Virus record (IMG/VR): IMGVR_UViG_3300024287_000003
Span: 1-40,117 of that record
DNA from: a virus
Taxonomy: Duplodnaviria; Caudoviricetes
Strand: one strand, 5' to 3'
Length of the DNA: 40,117 nt
Positions 17,529-26,796 of this stretch are shown in pieces (the first letter of the stretch is position 1; every line of letters starts with the position of its first letter). The position numbers and the translations under genes were made by a program. Below the pieces are notes generated by a model. The model searched no databases. It worked only from the letters and a program-made list of their open reading frames with translations, and was not told the DNA's origin.

Positions 17529-19162
17529 TGGCTGATCCCTATGACTATACCAGCGCCTTTGCTAATCTTCCGTCGCCGGTAGCATCATTCACGCAAGGCA
17601 TTGTTGGCGGGGTTGCGCTTAATCAGATCCAACAACAGCAGCAACAACAGCGGCTGGCGCTCGCTCAGCAGAAACAGCAGCAGGCCGATCTTGCGGCATT
17701 GAGCAAGAACCCGACGCCGGAAGCAATTGGTGCAACGATTCTCAAATATCCTGCCCTGAGCGAACAGATCAAGCGAGGCTCAGACGTTATTTCAGCAGCA
17801 CAGCAACAGGCTCGCATCAAGCAAGCGATCCCTATATATGCGGCCATCCAATCCGGGTCGAATGATGTCGCGGTGAACTTGTTGAGCGATCAAGCGACGG
17901 CAGCGCGTAATTCTGGCAACGAGCAGGACGCTAAAGCTGCGGAAACAATGGCTCAACTCGTAAAAGATCATCCAGAATTCGCGAGAGCAACCATCGGTCT
18001 GAAACTGGCCTCAGAACTGGGGCCGGGCAAGTTCACTGAGGCTTTTAAGGGCCTTGGCGCAGAGCAACGTGCGCAAGAGAAAGCACCTGTTGAATTGGCT
18101 ACCAAACAGATCGAAGCCACGCAAAAAGGTCTTGGCATTATTGGTCAAAAAGCTGGAGCACTGGCGCAAGTAAAAGGCGTTCAACCGGGTCAAGTTGCAA
18201 CGCTGTTTAAGTCATTGGCAGCGCAAGGCGTCATTCCGAAGGACCAATTGCAGGGATATCTTGATGATATTCCGCAAAATCCAAAGGCTCTGCCAGACTA
18301 TTTGACTCAGATCCAATCTTCTGGCGTGAAGCCGGAAGAACAACTGAAATTTACCACGCCAACCGCTGGTGAAAAACTGGCTTCTCAAACTCAATTGCAA
18401 GTTCAGAGGCTAATTGATGCTCGGCAAGGTGATACTACTGAAACTCAATTCACCAAAGAGCTATCGAAGCTGTACAAGCCAGGCTCCCCTGAGTACGACG
18501 AGGCATTGCGCCAGCGTATCAACAAGGAAGCTGGGATCAATGCAGCCGGGGGCGGTGGACGCTCTGTTGTGTACAATGGCCGAATCATCGCATCTGGTAA
18601 TGAAGTGGCTCGTGCTCTCAAAAACATTACCGACTTACCAGTTCAGTCAAATGTTGGCGTTCTTGGTTTCGGACAACCTAAGAGCACTGGCCTATTCAGT
18701 GCAGGATTGGCAGGACTCAAGAACGAATTGAATTCAGATCAAGTTAAAGACTACAATACACTATGGACTGGCGTTTCGCGCAATCTTGGGACGTTGGAGA
18801 CGAGCGGACTGGCTACCACTGGTGATTTGATCAAGTCCATCGACAAACTCGCCTTTGTACCCGGCGATAACGGCTACAATGCACTTCGCAAGCTGGCCGA
18901 GGTGCGCCAGATCACCGAAGCGGCACTCGAACCAAAATTGGCTGATCCTTCTGTTCCGCAACAGCAGAAGGATTTTATCAATGGAATCATTAATAATGTT
19001 CAACAGGCTGTGCCATATAATCATTCTGACTTGACAAAATTCAAAAAAGCTCAAAAGGATAATCCCTCATTGACATTCAATGATTTTGCCGGTCAAACGC
19101 TCAAGGCACAGGCTGCGCCCGCTGCTGCTCTACCCGCAGGCTGGTCGGTTCAGGTGCATTGA
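17528..19162 (+). CDS. DNA ejection protein (gp20 position)
   Basis: 544-aa helical protein with an N-terminal poly-Q; assigned by synteny. Confidence 0.65.
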   Translation: MADPYDYTSAFANLPSPVASFTQGIVGGVALNQIQQQQQQQRLALAQQKQQQADLAALSKNPTPEAIGATILKYPALSEQIKRGSDVISAAQQQARIKQAIPIYAAIQSGSNDVAVNLLSDQATAARNSGNEQDAKAAETMAQLVKDHPEFARATIGLKLASELGPGKFTEAFKGLGAEQRAQEKAPVELATKQIEATQKGLGIIGQKAGALAQVKGVQPGQVATLFKSLAAQGVIPKDQLQGYLDDIPQNPKALPDYLTQIQSSGVKPEEQLKFTTPTAGEKLASQTQLQVQRLIDARQGDTTETQFTKELSKLYKPGSPEYDEALRQRINKEAGINAAGGGGRSVVYNGRIIASGNEVARALKNITDLPVQSNVGVLGFGQPKSTGLFSAGLAGLKNELNSDQVKDYNTLWTGVSRNLGTLETSGLATTGDLIKSIDKLAFVPGDNGYNALRKLAEVRQITEAALEPKLADPSVPQQQKDFINGIINNVQQAVPYNHSDLTKFKKAQKDNPSLTFNDFAGQTLKAQAAPAAALPAGWSVQVH

Positions 19163-21318
19163 TGCCAACATTTACCTTTACCTCGCCAGAAGGAAAAAGC
19201 TACACGGTCAATGGTCCGGAAGGAGCTACCAAGGAGCAGGCGTTCCAGATTTTGCAGCAGCAATTGGGTTCTGCGGCTGCACCAACTGCCGCCGCTATTC
19301 CTGTATCCGCACAAGAGCAGGCATTTGGTGCAGCTCAGCCAGCTCCCGCGCCCGCTGCGCCTGCCGATCCTTCATTGGTTGATAGACTAATTGGAGGTGG
19401 CGAGACTGCTCTGTCGCTTGCTACTGGCGCAACAGGAGGCACGCTTGGAACTCTTGGAGGGGCATTGGCAGGCATTGGGCAATCTGTTGCGCAAGGAACC
19501 TTCGGAACGCAACAAGGCGTCCAACAAGCAGAGCAAGCAGCAGCGCAAGGGGCTAGTAGACTCACCTATCAACCGCGCACAGCAGAAGGGCAGCGGCAAT
19601 TAGAAGCGGTTGGTAACCTGGCAGAGGCTACATTGCCACTGACACCACTTACTTCTGAGCTTGGAGCTATTGGCCGTGGTGCAGCAGCGGCAGGACAAGC
19701 GGCCAGAGATATCGCGCCGGTCGCTGTTTCTGCTGCTAGAAAAGCCGCTGGTGCAGTAAAGGGCGTAGTTAAACCAGCAACGGTTGCTGCACCTGTTGAA
19801 GCAGCGCCCACTCTAGCCGGTCCAGAATTGGCAAGCGCTGCGACCAAGGCGGCAGAAGGCAGCAAATCTGCCACCCAAATTCTCGCAGAACAAGCCGCGC
19901 CTGATCCTAAAGTTGTTGAGGCGGCTAAACGTCTTGGCATCGAGGATTACTTGCAGCCTGACCATGTTACGACGAATCAATCTTATCGAGAGTTGGCGCA
20001 GGCTGTGAAGTCTATTCCAGGCTCTGAGGCGCGTTCGGCAGAGATTGAAGGCTTGAGCAATGTCGCCAAGCGAGCGAATGATATTGTCGAAGAAATTGGC
20101 GGTACGCATGATCTGAGCACGCTTTCTGGCGATGTCAAGAATAAAATGCTTGCAACGCAAACAGAATTAGAAAAAAAGGCAGAGGATTTATATTCCAAGG
20201 TCAAAGATGCGATTCCAGCCAAGACCAATGCACCAGCTACCAATACTGTAGACTACCTGAAACAACATGCTGACGATCTTGGTGGAGCTGATAGACTTTT
20301 GGCCCCTGAGAATAAATTACTTTCCTCTTTATCAGGAGATAGACCAGTCACATACGCTTATCTCGATCAGACGAGAAAGCAGATCGGACAAGCATTGCGA
20401 AAAGCAACTGGCCCATTCGCTGATTCCGAATCGGGTACTTTGAAAAAACTTTATTCAACTCTCTCTGACGATCAGCAATCAGTTGCAGAAGCTAATGGCG
20501 TAGGAGACTTGTATAATTCAGCAAAAGCATCTGTCGCGGTACGAAAAGGATTAGAGGATGATCTTAGTTCACTCTTTGGCAAGAATATTGATGAATCTTT
20601 CGTGGGCGATCTTTCTGGCGCTGTTAAAGCGCTTCCCGCTGGTGATCCTAGCAAATTTATTAAATTGGTGAAGGCTGTTCCTGAAAACCTGCGTCAAAGC
20701 GTTGTTGCATCAGGATTAAATACCGCATTAGGTAAAAGTGCAGCGAGTGGAAATCTTAGTTTCCAAAAATATGCGCAATTCTACGAGGGACTTTTAAAAA
20801 ATAAGCAGTCTTATACCGCTTTGTTTTCAAATCTTCCACCGGAAGCACGCAAGCAACTTAGTGACTTGTATCGCGTATCAAAAAATATTAGTGCGGCTAC
20901 AAGAGAAAGAATTACTACTGGTAGAATCAGCGCAATCAAGGACGAATTAAAACCTGCTGAAACACTTATGGGTAAACTGTACGATACTGCCAAACGTTCA
21001 GCGCTTGGTGCTACAGTAGGAACCGCTGTTGGGGCGGTGGCAGGCCCTGGTGCTGGTGCAGCCGTGGCATCTGCACTTGCAAAAGGCGCTAAGCCAGAAG
21101 CAATCAAGGCTGTTGATAAACTCATCACATCGAATGAATTTATCAACCTAGCAAAGAATGCAGGGCAGACTAGCCAGAAAAAAGCAACATTGCAACTTGT
21201 CGGAACGCCAGCATGGAAGAGATATGCCAAAGCAACAAATCTATCGGTTAATCCGGCAGATGCAGAACGATGGGTCACACAAGCGATACAATCAAGCTCC
21301 AGCAACCAACAAAGGTAA
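19162..21318 (+). CDS. DNA ejection protein (gp16 position)
   Basis: About 718 aa, Ala/Gly-rich, N-terminal FTSPEGKSYTVNGPEGAT; assigned by synteny. Confidence 0.7.
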   Translation: MPTFTFTSPEGKSYTVNGPEGATKEQAFQILQQQLGSAAAPTAAAIPVSAQEQAFGAAQPAPAPAAPADPSLVDRLIGGGETALSLATGATGGTLGTLGGALAGIGQSVAQGTFGTQQGVQQAEQAAAQGASRLTYQPRTAEGQRQLEAVGNLAEATLPLTPLTSELGAIGRGAAAAGQAARDIAPVAVSAARKAAGAVKGVVKPATVAAPVEAAPTLAGPELASAATKAAEGSKSATQILAEQAAPDPKVVEAAKRLGIEDYLQPDHVTTNQSYRELAQAVKSIPGSEARSAEIEGLSNVAKRANDIVEEIGGTHDLSTLSGDVKNKMLATQTELEKKAEDLYSKVKDAIPAKTNAPATNTVDYLKQHADDLGGADRLLAPENKLLSSLSGDRPVTYAYLDQTRKQIGQALRKATGPFADSESGTLKKLYSTLSDDQQSVAEANGVGDLYNSAKASVAVRKGLEDDLSSLFGKNIDESFVGDLSGAVKALPAGDPSKFIKLVKAVPENLRQSVVASGLNTALGKSAASGNLSFQKYAQFYEGLLKNKQSYTALFSNLPPEARKQLSDLYRVSKNISAATRERITTGRISAIKDELKPAETLMGKLYDTAKRSALGATVGTAVGAVAGPGAGAAVASALAKGAKPEAIKAVDKLITSNEFINLAKNAGQTSQKKATLQLVGTPAWKRYAKATNLSVNPADAERWVTQAIQSSSSNQQR

Positions 21319-21321
21319 TGA

Positions 21322-22995
21322 ATGCTCCCAGTCGAACAACCTGTTAAAACATATACCGGCCTTGATGGAAAGCCGCTAGATGGCGGCTATATCTATTTCG
21401 GCCTGCCAAATCAGAACCCGATCACGGCACCAGTGACCGTTTATTGGGATTCGGCAGGCACGCAGCCAGCCGCGCAGCCGCTGCGTACGGTGAATGGCTA
21501 CATTGTGCGTAATGGGACGCCTGCAAATGTTTTTTTCTCAGGCTCCTATTCAGAACTTGTCCAAGACAGCGCAGGGCGTCAGGTTTTTTTCGCACGCACA
21601 TCGGATGATTTCAGTATTGCTAGCTTTATCAACAATTTCATTATCAATCTTGCTTCGAGTGTTGGTTCGTCCCTTATCGGCTTCATCCAGTCGGCAATTG
21701 GGTCAGTAACGCGAACCGTTCAAGATAAACTGCGTGATGAGGTCAGCGTGTTTGATTTCATGACTAGCGCCCAAATTGCCGATGTCCAGGCTCGAACATA
21801 TGCGCTTGATCTTACCGCTCCTATTCAAGCAGCACGTGATCATATTGCCTTGAACAGGAAGAAATTGATCTTCCCGCCTGGCGGATACAAATACAGTGTT
21901 TCGCCCAATTGGGCAATCCATCACGCTGAAATTGTTTTCGAAGGCGACGTTACACTGCGTTACACGGGGACTGGGGATGCAGTCATATTCGATGCAAGTG
22001 CTTCGGACGCGGTAGTTTTCATTACCGGTTTTTGCTATGGTGTTAAATTTGGATGGGGAAAACGTCCAAATATCGAAGCGCCCGCCACTGCCGGGAATGG
22101 TATCTATGTGCGTTCTATGCACCACTGCAAAATAGGCGGCAGGGTTCGCGGATGCGGATCAGCATCATCTGGCCTTCGAGTCGAATTTGCAGTCTGTACA
22201 GAATTTGACGTAGTAGTCTCCGGCAATGAGGATGGATGGTATCTCAACGCAAAACCGGCGAATGGCTACTATCTCACTCGGCGAAATTCTGGCGAAACGA
22301 CAAGCTATTGCACGTTCTTAAACCCAGTTGCCGAAGGGCCGACAATTGGTATTTATCGTCATGCCACACTGGGGAATAACTTCTTCGGCGGCACGGCAGA
22401 AGCATGTTCTCTATATGGGACATTCGGTGATCTGTCCGCAGAACAGGATAAATTCGTTGGCACGGATTTCGAGGCAAATGCTACCGCCGATGTCTTTGAG
22501 CAAGGTACGGGCTTGATTCTCGAAAACTGTGACACATTTTCGAATTTGACTCTTGGCGCGGCATGCAAGAATGCCACCGTATACGGCGGACGGCACAGCA
22601 AGATTCTGTCTGATACAGGAAGTCTGCGCTCAACCATTCGTGATGTTGTTTTCAACCGATTTAATGATGGCACTAATCTGACGGATGCTGGAACAGGCAC
22701 GTTGCTGGACAACTGCCGTAATGGTGGTACCAACACCACCTATTTGTCCGGCACATTGGCATTCGCAGGAGCAACAATCGCCAATAATGCTCTTGCCATA
22801 TTTTCTATTACTGTTACCGGTGCAAAACTTGGCGATTTCGCACAGATTGCATATGATGCTGGCGGATTGGGGAATATGATCATATGGGGTCAGGTGACGG
22901 CAGCCAATCTCGTAACTGCGTTTGCGTTCAACAACACTGGCGCAGGGGTCACTGTTCCTGCCGGAAATTGGCGGGCTGTCGTTTCGCGTCGATGA
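21322..22995 (+). CDS. Tailspike (P22-type head-binding domain plus beta-helix)
   Basis: GKPLDGGYIYFG..NP..AAQPLRTVNGY, the RTVQDKLRDEVSVFDF linker and LIFPPGGY at the start of a beta-helix. Confidence 0.85.
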   Translation: MLPVEQPVKTYTGLDGKPLDGGYIYFGLPNQNPITAPVTVYWDSAGTQPAAQPLRTVNGYIVRNGTPANVFFSGSYSELVQDSAGRQVFFARTSDDFSIASFINNFIINLASSVGSSLIGFIQSAIGSVTRTVQDKLRDEVSVFDFMTSAQIADVQARTYALDLTAPIQAARDHIALNRKKLIFPPGGYKYSVSPNWAIHHAEIVFEGDVTLRYTGTGDAVIFDASASDAVVFITGFCYGVKFGWGKRPNIEAPATAGNGIYVRSMHHCKIGGRVRGCGSASSGLRVEFAVCTEFDVVVSGNEDGWYLNAKPANGYYLTRRNSGETTSYCTFLNPVAEGPTIGIYRHATLGNNFFGGTAEACSLYGTFGDLSAEQDKFVGTDFEANATADVFEQGTGLILENCDTFSNLTLGAACKNATVYGGRHSKILSDTGSLRSTIRDVVFNRFNDGTNLTDAGTGTLLDNCRNGGTNTTYLSGTLAFAGATIANNALAIFSITVTGAKLGDFAQIAYDAGGLGNMIIWGQVTAANLVTAFAFNNTGAGVTVPAGNWRAVVSRR

Positions 22996-23016
22996 TATAA
23001 AATGGAGAATTATTAA

Positions 23017-23211
23017 ATGGAACAGGATACCAATGTAGTGCCAGATACTTCGCAAGAATCGGCGCAAATTGAGCGATTTGCCAGCATTGGCGGAGACGCT
23101 CCTTTATCGCCTATATATGGAGGTCCAACGGTTACATATCACGAACCGGAACCGGATCAAAGCCAGGAAAGCGGTGAAGTAGTCATTATTTTATATGGTT
23201 CAGTACCTTAA
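23017..23211 (+). CDS. Hypothetical acidic protein
   Basis: 64-aa ORF with a GGAG RBS. Confidence 0.5.
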   Translation: MEQDTNVVPDTSQESAQIERFASIGGDAPLSPIYGGPTVTYHEPEPDQSQESGEVVIILYGSVP

Positions 23212-23268
23212 TTAGCAGTAGATTGACGTTTTAGTTTAAATTTTTTCACCACCACGAAAGGAAACACC

Positions 23269-23367
23269 ATGAGTAAATTGTATAAAGCTGGTAACGGCAA
23301 TCCCCCGCCACCCCCGGTTAAGGCAATGGCACCAATGAAAAAAACTTTGAAGAAGAAATCGAAATGA
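23269..23367 (+). CDS. Micro-peptide (32 aa, MSKLYKAGNGNPPPPPVKAMAPMKKTLKKKSK)
   Basis: AAGGA RBS; its stop overlaps the ATG of the next gene (ATGA). Confidence 0.6.
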   Translation: MSKLYKAGNGNPPPPPVKAMAPMKKTLKKKSK

Positions 23368-23735
23368 TTTCTTACGTCGTACTGTTGATTGTTGCGCTCG
23401 CGCTGAACATCAGCAGTCGGCGTATGTTCGCGCTGTCGGTTATCGTCGGCGCGGACGTTTTCTTTCCTGTGCCTGCACATTGGTTTTATCCAATATGTAT
23501 AATGATTGAAATATTGGTTGCTCTGCTTGCAATATATATAGCTTGCCACGCTTCAATAATGATTGTGCGCCTTTCTGCATTGCTGGTTATAATGCACATT
23601 ATTGGATGGATATTCAATGGATATCCTATTGATAGCCCGTATCATTACATGGTGAGATTTTTAGAACATGCCGAGTTAATCGCATGTATTTGGTTCTCTC
23701 CGCCGATCATTAGGAGGTCGCTTGATGGTTTTTGA
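23364..23735 (+). CDS. Multi-pass membrane protein
   Basis: About four hydrophobic segments in 123 aa. Confidence 0.75.
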   Translation: MISYVVLLIVALALNISSRRMFALSVIVGADVFFPVPAHWFYPICIMIEILVALLAIYIACHASIMIVRLSALLVIMHIIGWIFNGYPIDSPYHYMVRFLEHAELIACIWFSPPIIRRSLDGF

Positions 23736-24060
23736 TCCCACCAATCCCGTGCCATACATTCTGGCAGTGTTGATAGTTACGCTTGGCTATTTTCTAAAAG
23801 ACGCGCATACTACAATCCGCGTAGGCTTGGAACAGAGAGCAACGCAAAAGGCACTGGAAGAAGCAAAAACCGAATGGCGAACCGATCTTCGGGAAATGCA
23901 AGATCGTCACCAGCGGGAAACTGCACGACTAGAGCAGCAATACGAGAAAAAATTTGCCGCTGTCGTGGTGCAGTTTCAAGACCGTATGGATAGCGTAGAG
24001 CGAAATCTCCAAGGCCGTATGGATTTAATTCTCGAATTATTGAAGCAAAGAACCCCCTAA
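23722..24060 (+). CDS. Holin- or antiholin-like protein (1 TM plus coiled coil)
   Basis: N-terminal TM segment; directly upstream of the endolysin. Confidence 0.55.
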   Translation: MMVFDPTNPVPYILAVLIVTLGYFLKDAHTTIRVGLEQRATQKALEEAKTEWRTDLREMQDRHQRETARLEQQYEKKFAAVVVQFQDRMDSVERNLQGRMDLILELLKQRTP

Positions 24061-24072
24061 AGGATACCCAAT

Positions 24073-24558
24073 ATGAGCACCTTCGATACTGCATTCTCTA
24101 CAATATCCAGCATCGAGGGAGGCTTCACTGATCGCGACAGACTGGCTGATGCCGGTGGAGCAACAAAATATGGCATCACAGAGCGCGTTGCTCGTGATTG
24201 GGGCTATAAGGGAGAAATGAAGGATCTTCCCATTGAGATTGCCAGGTCCATTGCCAAGGCTTGGTATTGGGACCGATATCAGTGCGACCAGTTCGATCCG
24301 CGTATTGCCTACCAAGTTTTTGATGCGGCCTACAATGGCGGCTATCCGGTCAAATGGCTACAAGAATGTGTGGGAGCTACCGTTGATGGCAACATTGGTG
24401 CAGAAACAATTGCCGCTGTTCGTGCGGCTGATGTGTGGCGCACCATTGCGCTGTTCAATGCAAAGCGATTGTCTTACATGACTAGCCTGACGAACTGGCC
24501 TCAAAATGCTCGTGGCTGGTCCCGCCGAATAGCTCAAAATATTATCAACGCTGTTTAA
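24073..24558 (+). CDS. Endolysin, glycoside hydrolase family 108
   Basis: EGG..D..D.GGATKYGIT, FDAAYNGG, VDGNIGAET and RGWSRRIA. Confidence 0.92.
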   Translation: MSTFDTAFSTISSIEGGFTDRDRLADAGGATKYGITERVARDWGYKGEMKDLPIEIARSIAKAWYWDRYQCDQFDPRIAYQVFDAAYNGGYPVKWLQECVGATVDGNIGAETIAAVRAADVWRTIALFNAKRLSYMTSLTNWPQNARGWSRRIAQNIINAV

Positions 24559-24577
24559 TTCGAAAAGGAGCCATAAC

Positions 24578-24802
24578 ATGATCGATCATCTTAAAGGCGC
24601 ATGGCGCTCGATGACCATTTGGTTTAACGTGCTATTTGGTGCATTCGTTGTCAACTTTGATGCAGTTCGAGATAGTCTCCCGCAAATCCAGCCCTACATG
24701 ACTTCTGCACTTTACAACAAGCTGATGTTGGCAGCAATTATTGTCAACATTGCGTTACGCTTTAAAACCAATCAATCCTTGGTTTCCAAGGCTCGAAGCT
24801 GA
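24578..24802 (+). CDS. Putative holin
   Basis: 74 aa with 2 TM segments, AWRSMTIW N-terminus and a basic C-terminus. Confidence 0.65.
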   Translation: MIDHLKGAWRSMTIWFNVLFGAFVVNFDAVRDSLPQIQPYMTSALYNKLMLAAIIVNIALRFKTNQSLVSKARS

Positions 24803-24803
24803 T

Positions 24804-25298
24804 ATGTTGATGTTTCCATATCGCTGGCTGGCATTTGCTGCTCTATGCTCTGCATTGTTCGGCGCTGGTTATGTGAAAGGACTGCGCCATGAGAAGCTAG
24901 AGCACGATGCCGCTACCAACCGCGCCATCATTGCCGCTGTCGCCAAGAATGAAGAAGATCGGCAATCTGACATCGCCCAAGCCAATGCTGTTGCCACCGA
25001 TTACAAAACTAAACTGGATCTAGCCAATGCAAAAATTGATTCTGCTCGCGCCGATGCTGATTCTCAGCGCATGCGCCTCGTCATCCCCGCCCGTGTGTGC
25101 CCAGCTCCCGCAAGCCAAGCCGGAAATTCCGTCCGAACTGATGACCAGGGAGCAACCGAAACAATCGACCTACCTCCAACGATTGCAAATGGTCTTCGTG
25201 ACATCACAGAAGACGCTGACCGAGAAGTGACGCGGTTGACACTCAAACTTACTGCATTACAAGATCGGGTCCAGCAAATTTTGGATCGCACGCAGTAG
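24804..25298 (+). CDS. Rz-like inner-membrane spanin
   Basis: N-terminal TM, coiled coil and LTALQD C-terminus. Confidence 0.85.
   Translation: MLMFPYRWLAFAALCSALFGAGYVKGLRHEKLEHDAATNRAIIAAVAKNEEDRQSDIAQANAVATDYKTKLDLANAKIDSARADADSQRMRLVIPARVCPAPASQAGNSVRTDDQGATETIDLPPTIANGLRDITEDADREVTRLTLKLTALQDRVQQILDRTQ
25027..25230 (+). CDS. Rz1-like outer-membrane spanin (embedded, +1 frame)
   Basis: Signal peptide with lipobox LSAC and a Pro-rich body; lies entirely inside the Rz gene. Confidence 0.85.
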   Translation: MQKLILLAPMLILSACASSSPPVCAQLPQAKPEIPSELMTREQPKQSTYLQRLQMVFVTSQKTLTEK

Positions 25299-25299
25299 T

Positions 25300-25497
25300 T
25301 CATTTCTTTCGTCTGTCCGCAGGACCCTTCCTGCGGTCAACGAATCCTTGTATTTTCTCTTCCACTAATTCCCGTAACCCTCGGGAAGCATTCCCCTTTC
25401 CCGCCTTCCTCAAATACCGTTGATGTGAACGTGCAGTTCGATGCGTATATGTCTCCATCGCGTCCTCTTGTTCCTGCTGCAATTTGCTCTTTGCCAT
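25300..25497 (-). CDS. Small basic putative regulator (65 aa)
   Basis: GGAG RBS; YLRKAGKGNASRGLRELVE helices; DRRKGPADRRKK tail; divergent from the gene at 25592. Confidence 0.6.
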   Translation of the reverse strand: MAKSKLQQEQEDAMETYTHRTARSHQRYLRKAGKGNASRGLRELVEEKIQGFVDRRKGPADRRKK

Positions 25498-25591
25498 AGC
25501 CATTCTCCAATACGTTTTCCACATATTGTAATACGTTTCAAGGGGGAAAATCATCTGCGGCTGTAGTGTGGCCCAAAAGGGAGACTTACTT

Positions 25592-26527
25592 ATGGATAAC
25601 AGTGAAATCACTTTGCCACAACACGAAGTTGCCAGCGAAATGAGGGCGGAAGTGTTAGGCGAAAAAATTGACGAATTGAAAGGAACTGAAATGGGACAAC
25701 CTGTGAACGTTTTTACTACCCCTACCGGTGGCGACGGTGGTTCGGCCCTGCCACTTGCAGCTATGGCGATGGGCAGCCATGGTGGCCTGGGTGGGGTTGG
25801 CGGTGGCTTGGGCGCGGGCTTGGTCGGTGGCTTGCTTGGCGGGTTGCTGTTCGGAGGTCGCGGTTTCGGCAATTGGGGCGGTGGTGCTGTAGTCGATGGC
25901 GTGGCGAGTTGCAATCGTCCGCAAAGCGCGGATATGTCGGTGACTCAATCTATGGGCATTATGACGGCTATTGGTGGCGTGAAAGATAGTGTCACCATGG
26001 GCAATCAGATGCTGAGCACGAGCATCGATGCTGGTTTTGCAATGCAAAACGCGACGACGTTGCAGCAAAGCATTATGCTGACTCAGCAAGCAAATATGAA
26101 TCAGCAAATGGTGCTTTCTGAACTTTGCAATATCAACCAAAATGTCAGCGCTCAAGGTTGCCAAACTCGTGAAGCAGTCGTGTGTGATGGTGATCGCACT
26201 CGTGCTCTGCTTAGCGCGCGCTTCCAGATGGAAGATCAGACCGAAATCAATAAGCTGAATGCAAAAGTGATCGAGCTGCAAAACGAAGGCCGTCAGCGCG
26301 AACTTGGCAACCGCATTGAAATCAATAACACTGCGATTGCGGCTCAGCAACAAGGTCAGCAGCAGCAACAGCAGCAACAGCTGGTCACGACTGTCAACAG
26401 TCTGTTCCCGCTGCTGCAAGGCATCATCCAGCTCCAACACGCCACCAATGGCAACGTAATTGCCGGTAACGCTGGTGCCGTAACGACTGGCGCTCAAACC
26501 GCCAGCCCTGTTAACGTCGCAGCTTAA
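25592..26527 (+). CDS. Gly-zipper / Gln-rich coiled-coil protein of unknown function (311 aa)
   Basis: GGGAG RBS before ATG 25592; GAGLVGGLLGGLLFGG; poly-Q; C-terminal motif shared with the next gene. Confidence 0.85.
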   Translation: MDNSEITLPQHEVASEMRAEVLGEKIDELKGTEMGQPVNVFTTPTGGDGGSALPLAAMAMGSHGGLGGVGGGLGAGLVGGLLGGLLFGGRGFGNWGGGAVVDGVASCNRPQSADMSVTQSMGIMTAIGGVKDSVTMGNQMLSTSIDAGFAMQNATTLQQSIMLTQQANMNQQMVLSELCNINQNVSAQGCQTREAVVCDGDRTRALLSARFQMEDQTEINKLNAKVIELQNEGRQRELGNRIEINNTAIAAQQQGQQQQQQQQLVTTVNSLFPLLQGIIQLQHATNGNVIAGNAGAVTTGAQTASPVNVAA

Positions 26528-26552
26528 TCAGCGCTAAGAAAGGAGGTCAACC

Positions 26553-26750
26553 ATGCAATTCCAAGGAATGGCTCCGGTTGCCTTGATTCCTTTGAGTGTT
26601 CTGCCTTTAATTTCTCTTGGGCAGGTCTTTTCGCTATGGCACGTTGCGCAAATGCAAACTGCTCGTAACGGGAATATCATCGTCGGAAATCTTGGTGTGG
26701 TTACTACTGGAGCGCAAACCGCTAGTCCAGTCAATGTAGCTTCTCATTAG
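26553..26750 (+). CDS. Small hydrophobic protein sharing the C-terminal motif of the upstream gene
   Basis: AGGAGGT RBS; ends in NGNIIVGNLGVVTTGAQTASPVNVASH. Confidence 0.85.
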   Translation: MQFQGMAPVALIPLSVLPLISLGQVFSLWHVAQMQTARNGNIIVGNLGVVTTGAQTASPVNVASH

Positions 26751-26767
26751 CCAGCTTCACAGCAGAT

Positions 26768-26796
26768 AAAATGCCCACTTCGGTGGGCATTTTTTT
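26768..26796 (+). terminator. Rho-independent terminator (likely bidirectional)
   Basis: AAAATGCCCAC-ttcg-GTGGGCATTTTTTT. Confidence 0.9.

Noticed and set aside
3027-22995. Stop-codon reassignment or introns/inteins in core genes
   Set aside because: Core genes are full length and tightly coupled under the standard code, with no unexpected insertions.
25498-25914. Pro-rich N-terminal extension of the minus-strand 204-aa ORF
   Set aside because: The prolines mirror Gly codons of the plus-strand gene, and the RBS supports a start at 25497.
25920-26120. R-body (Reb) protein similarity of the Gln-rich segment (DSVT..MQNAT..QQ)
   Set aside because: The resemblance is only compositional; the length and motif spacing do not match Reb proteins.
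26441-26750. Diversity-generating retroelement TR/VR pair
   Set aside because: The differences are synonymous and not adenine-specific, and no reverse transcriptase is encoded.
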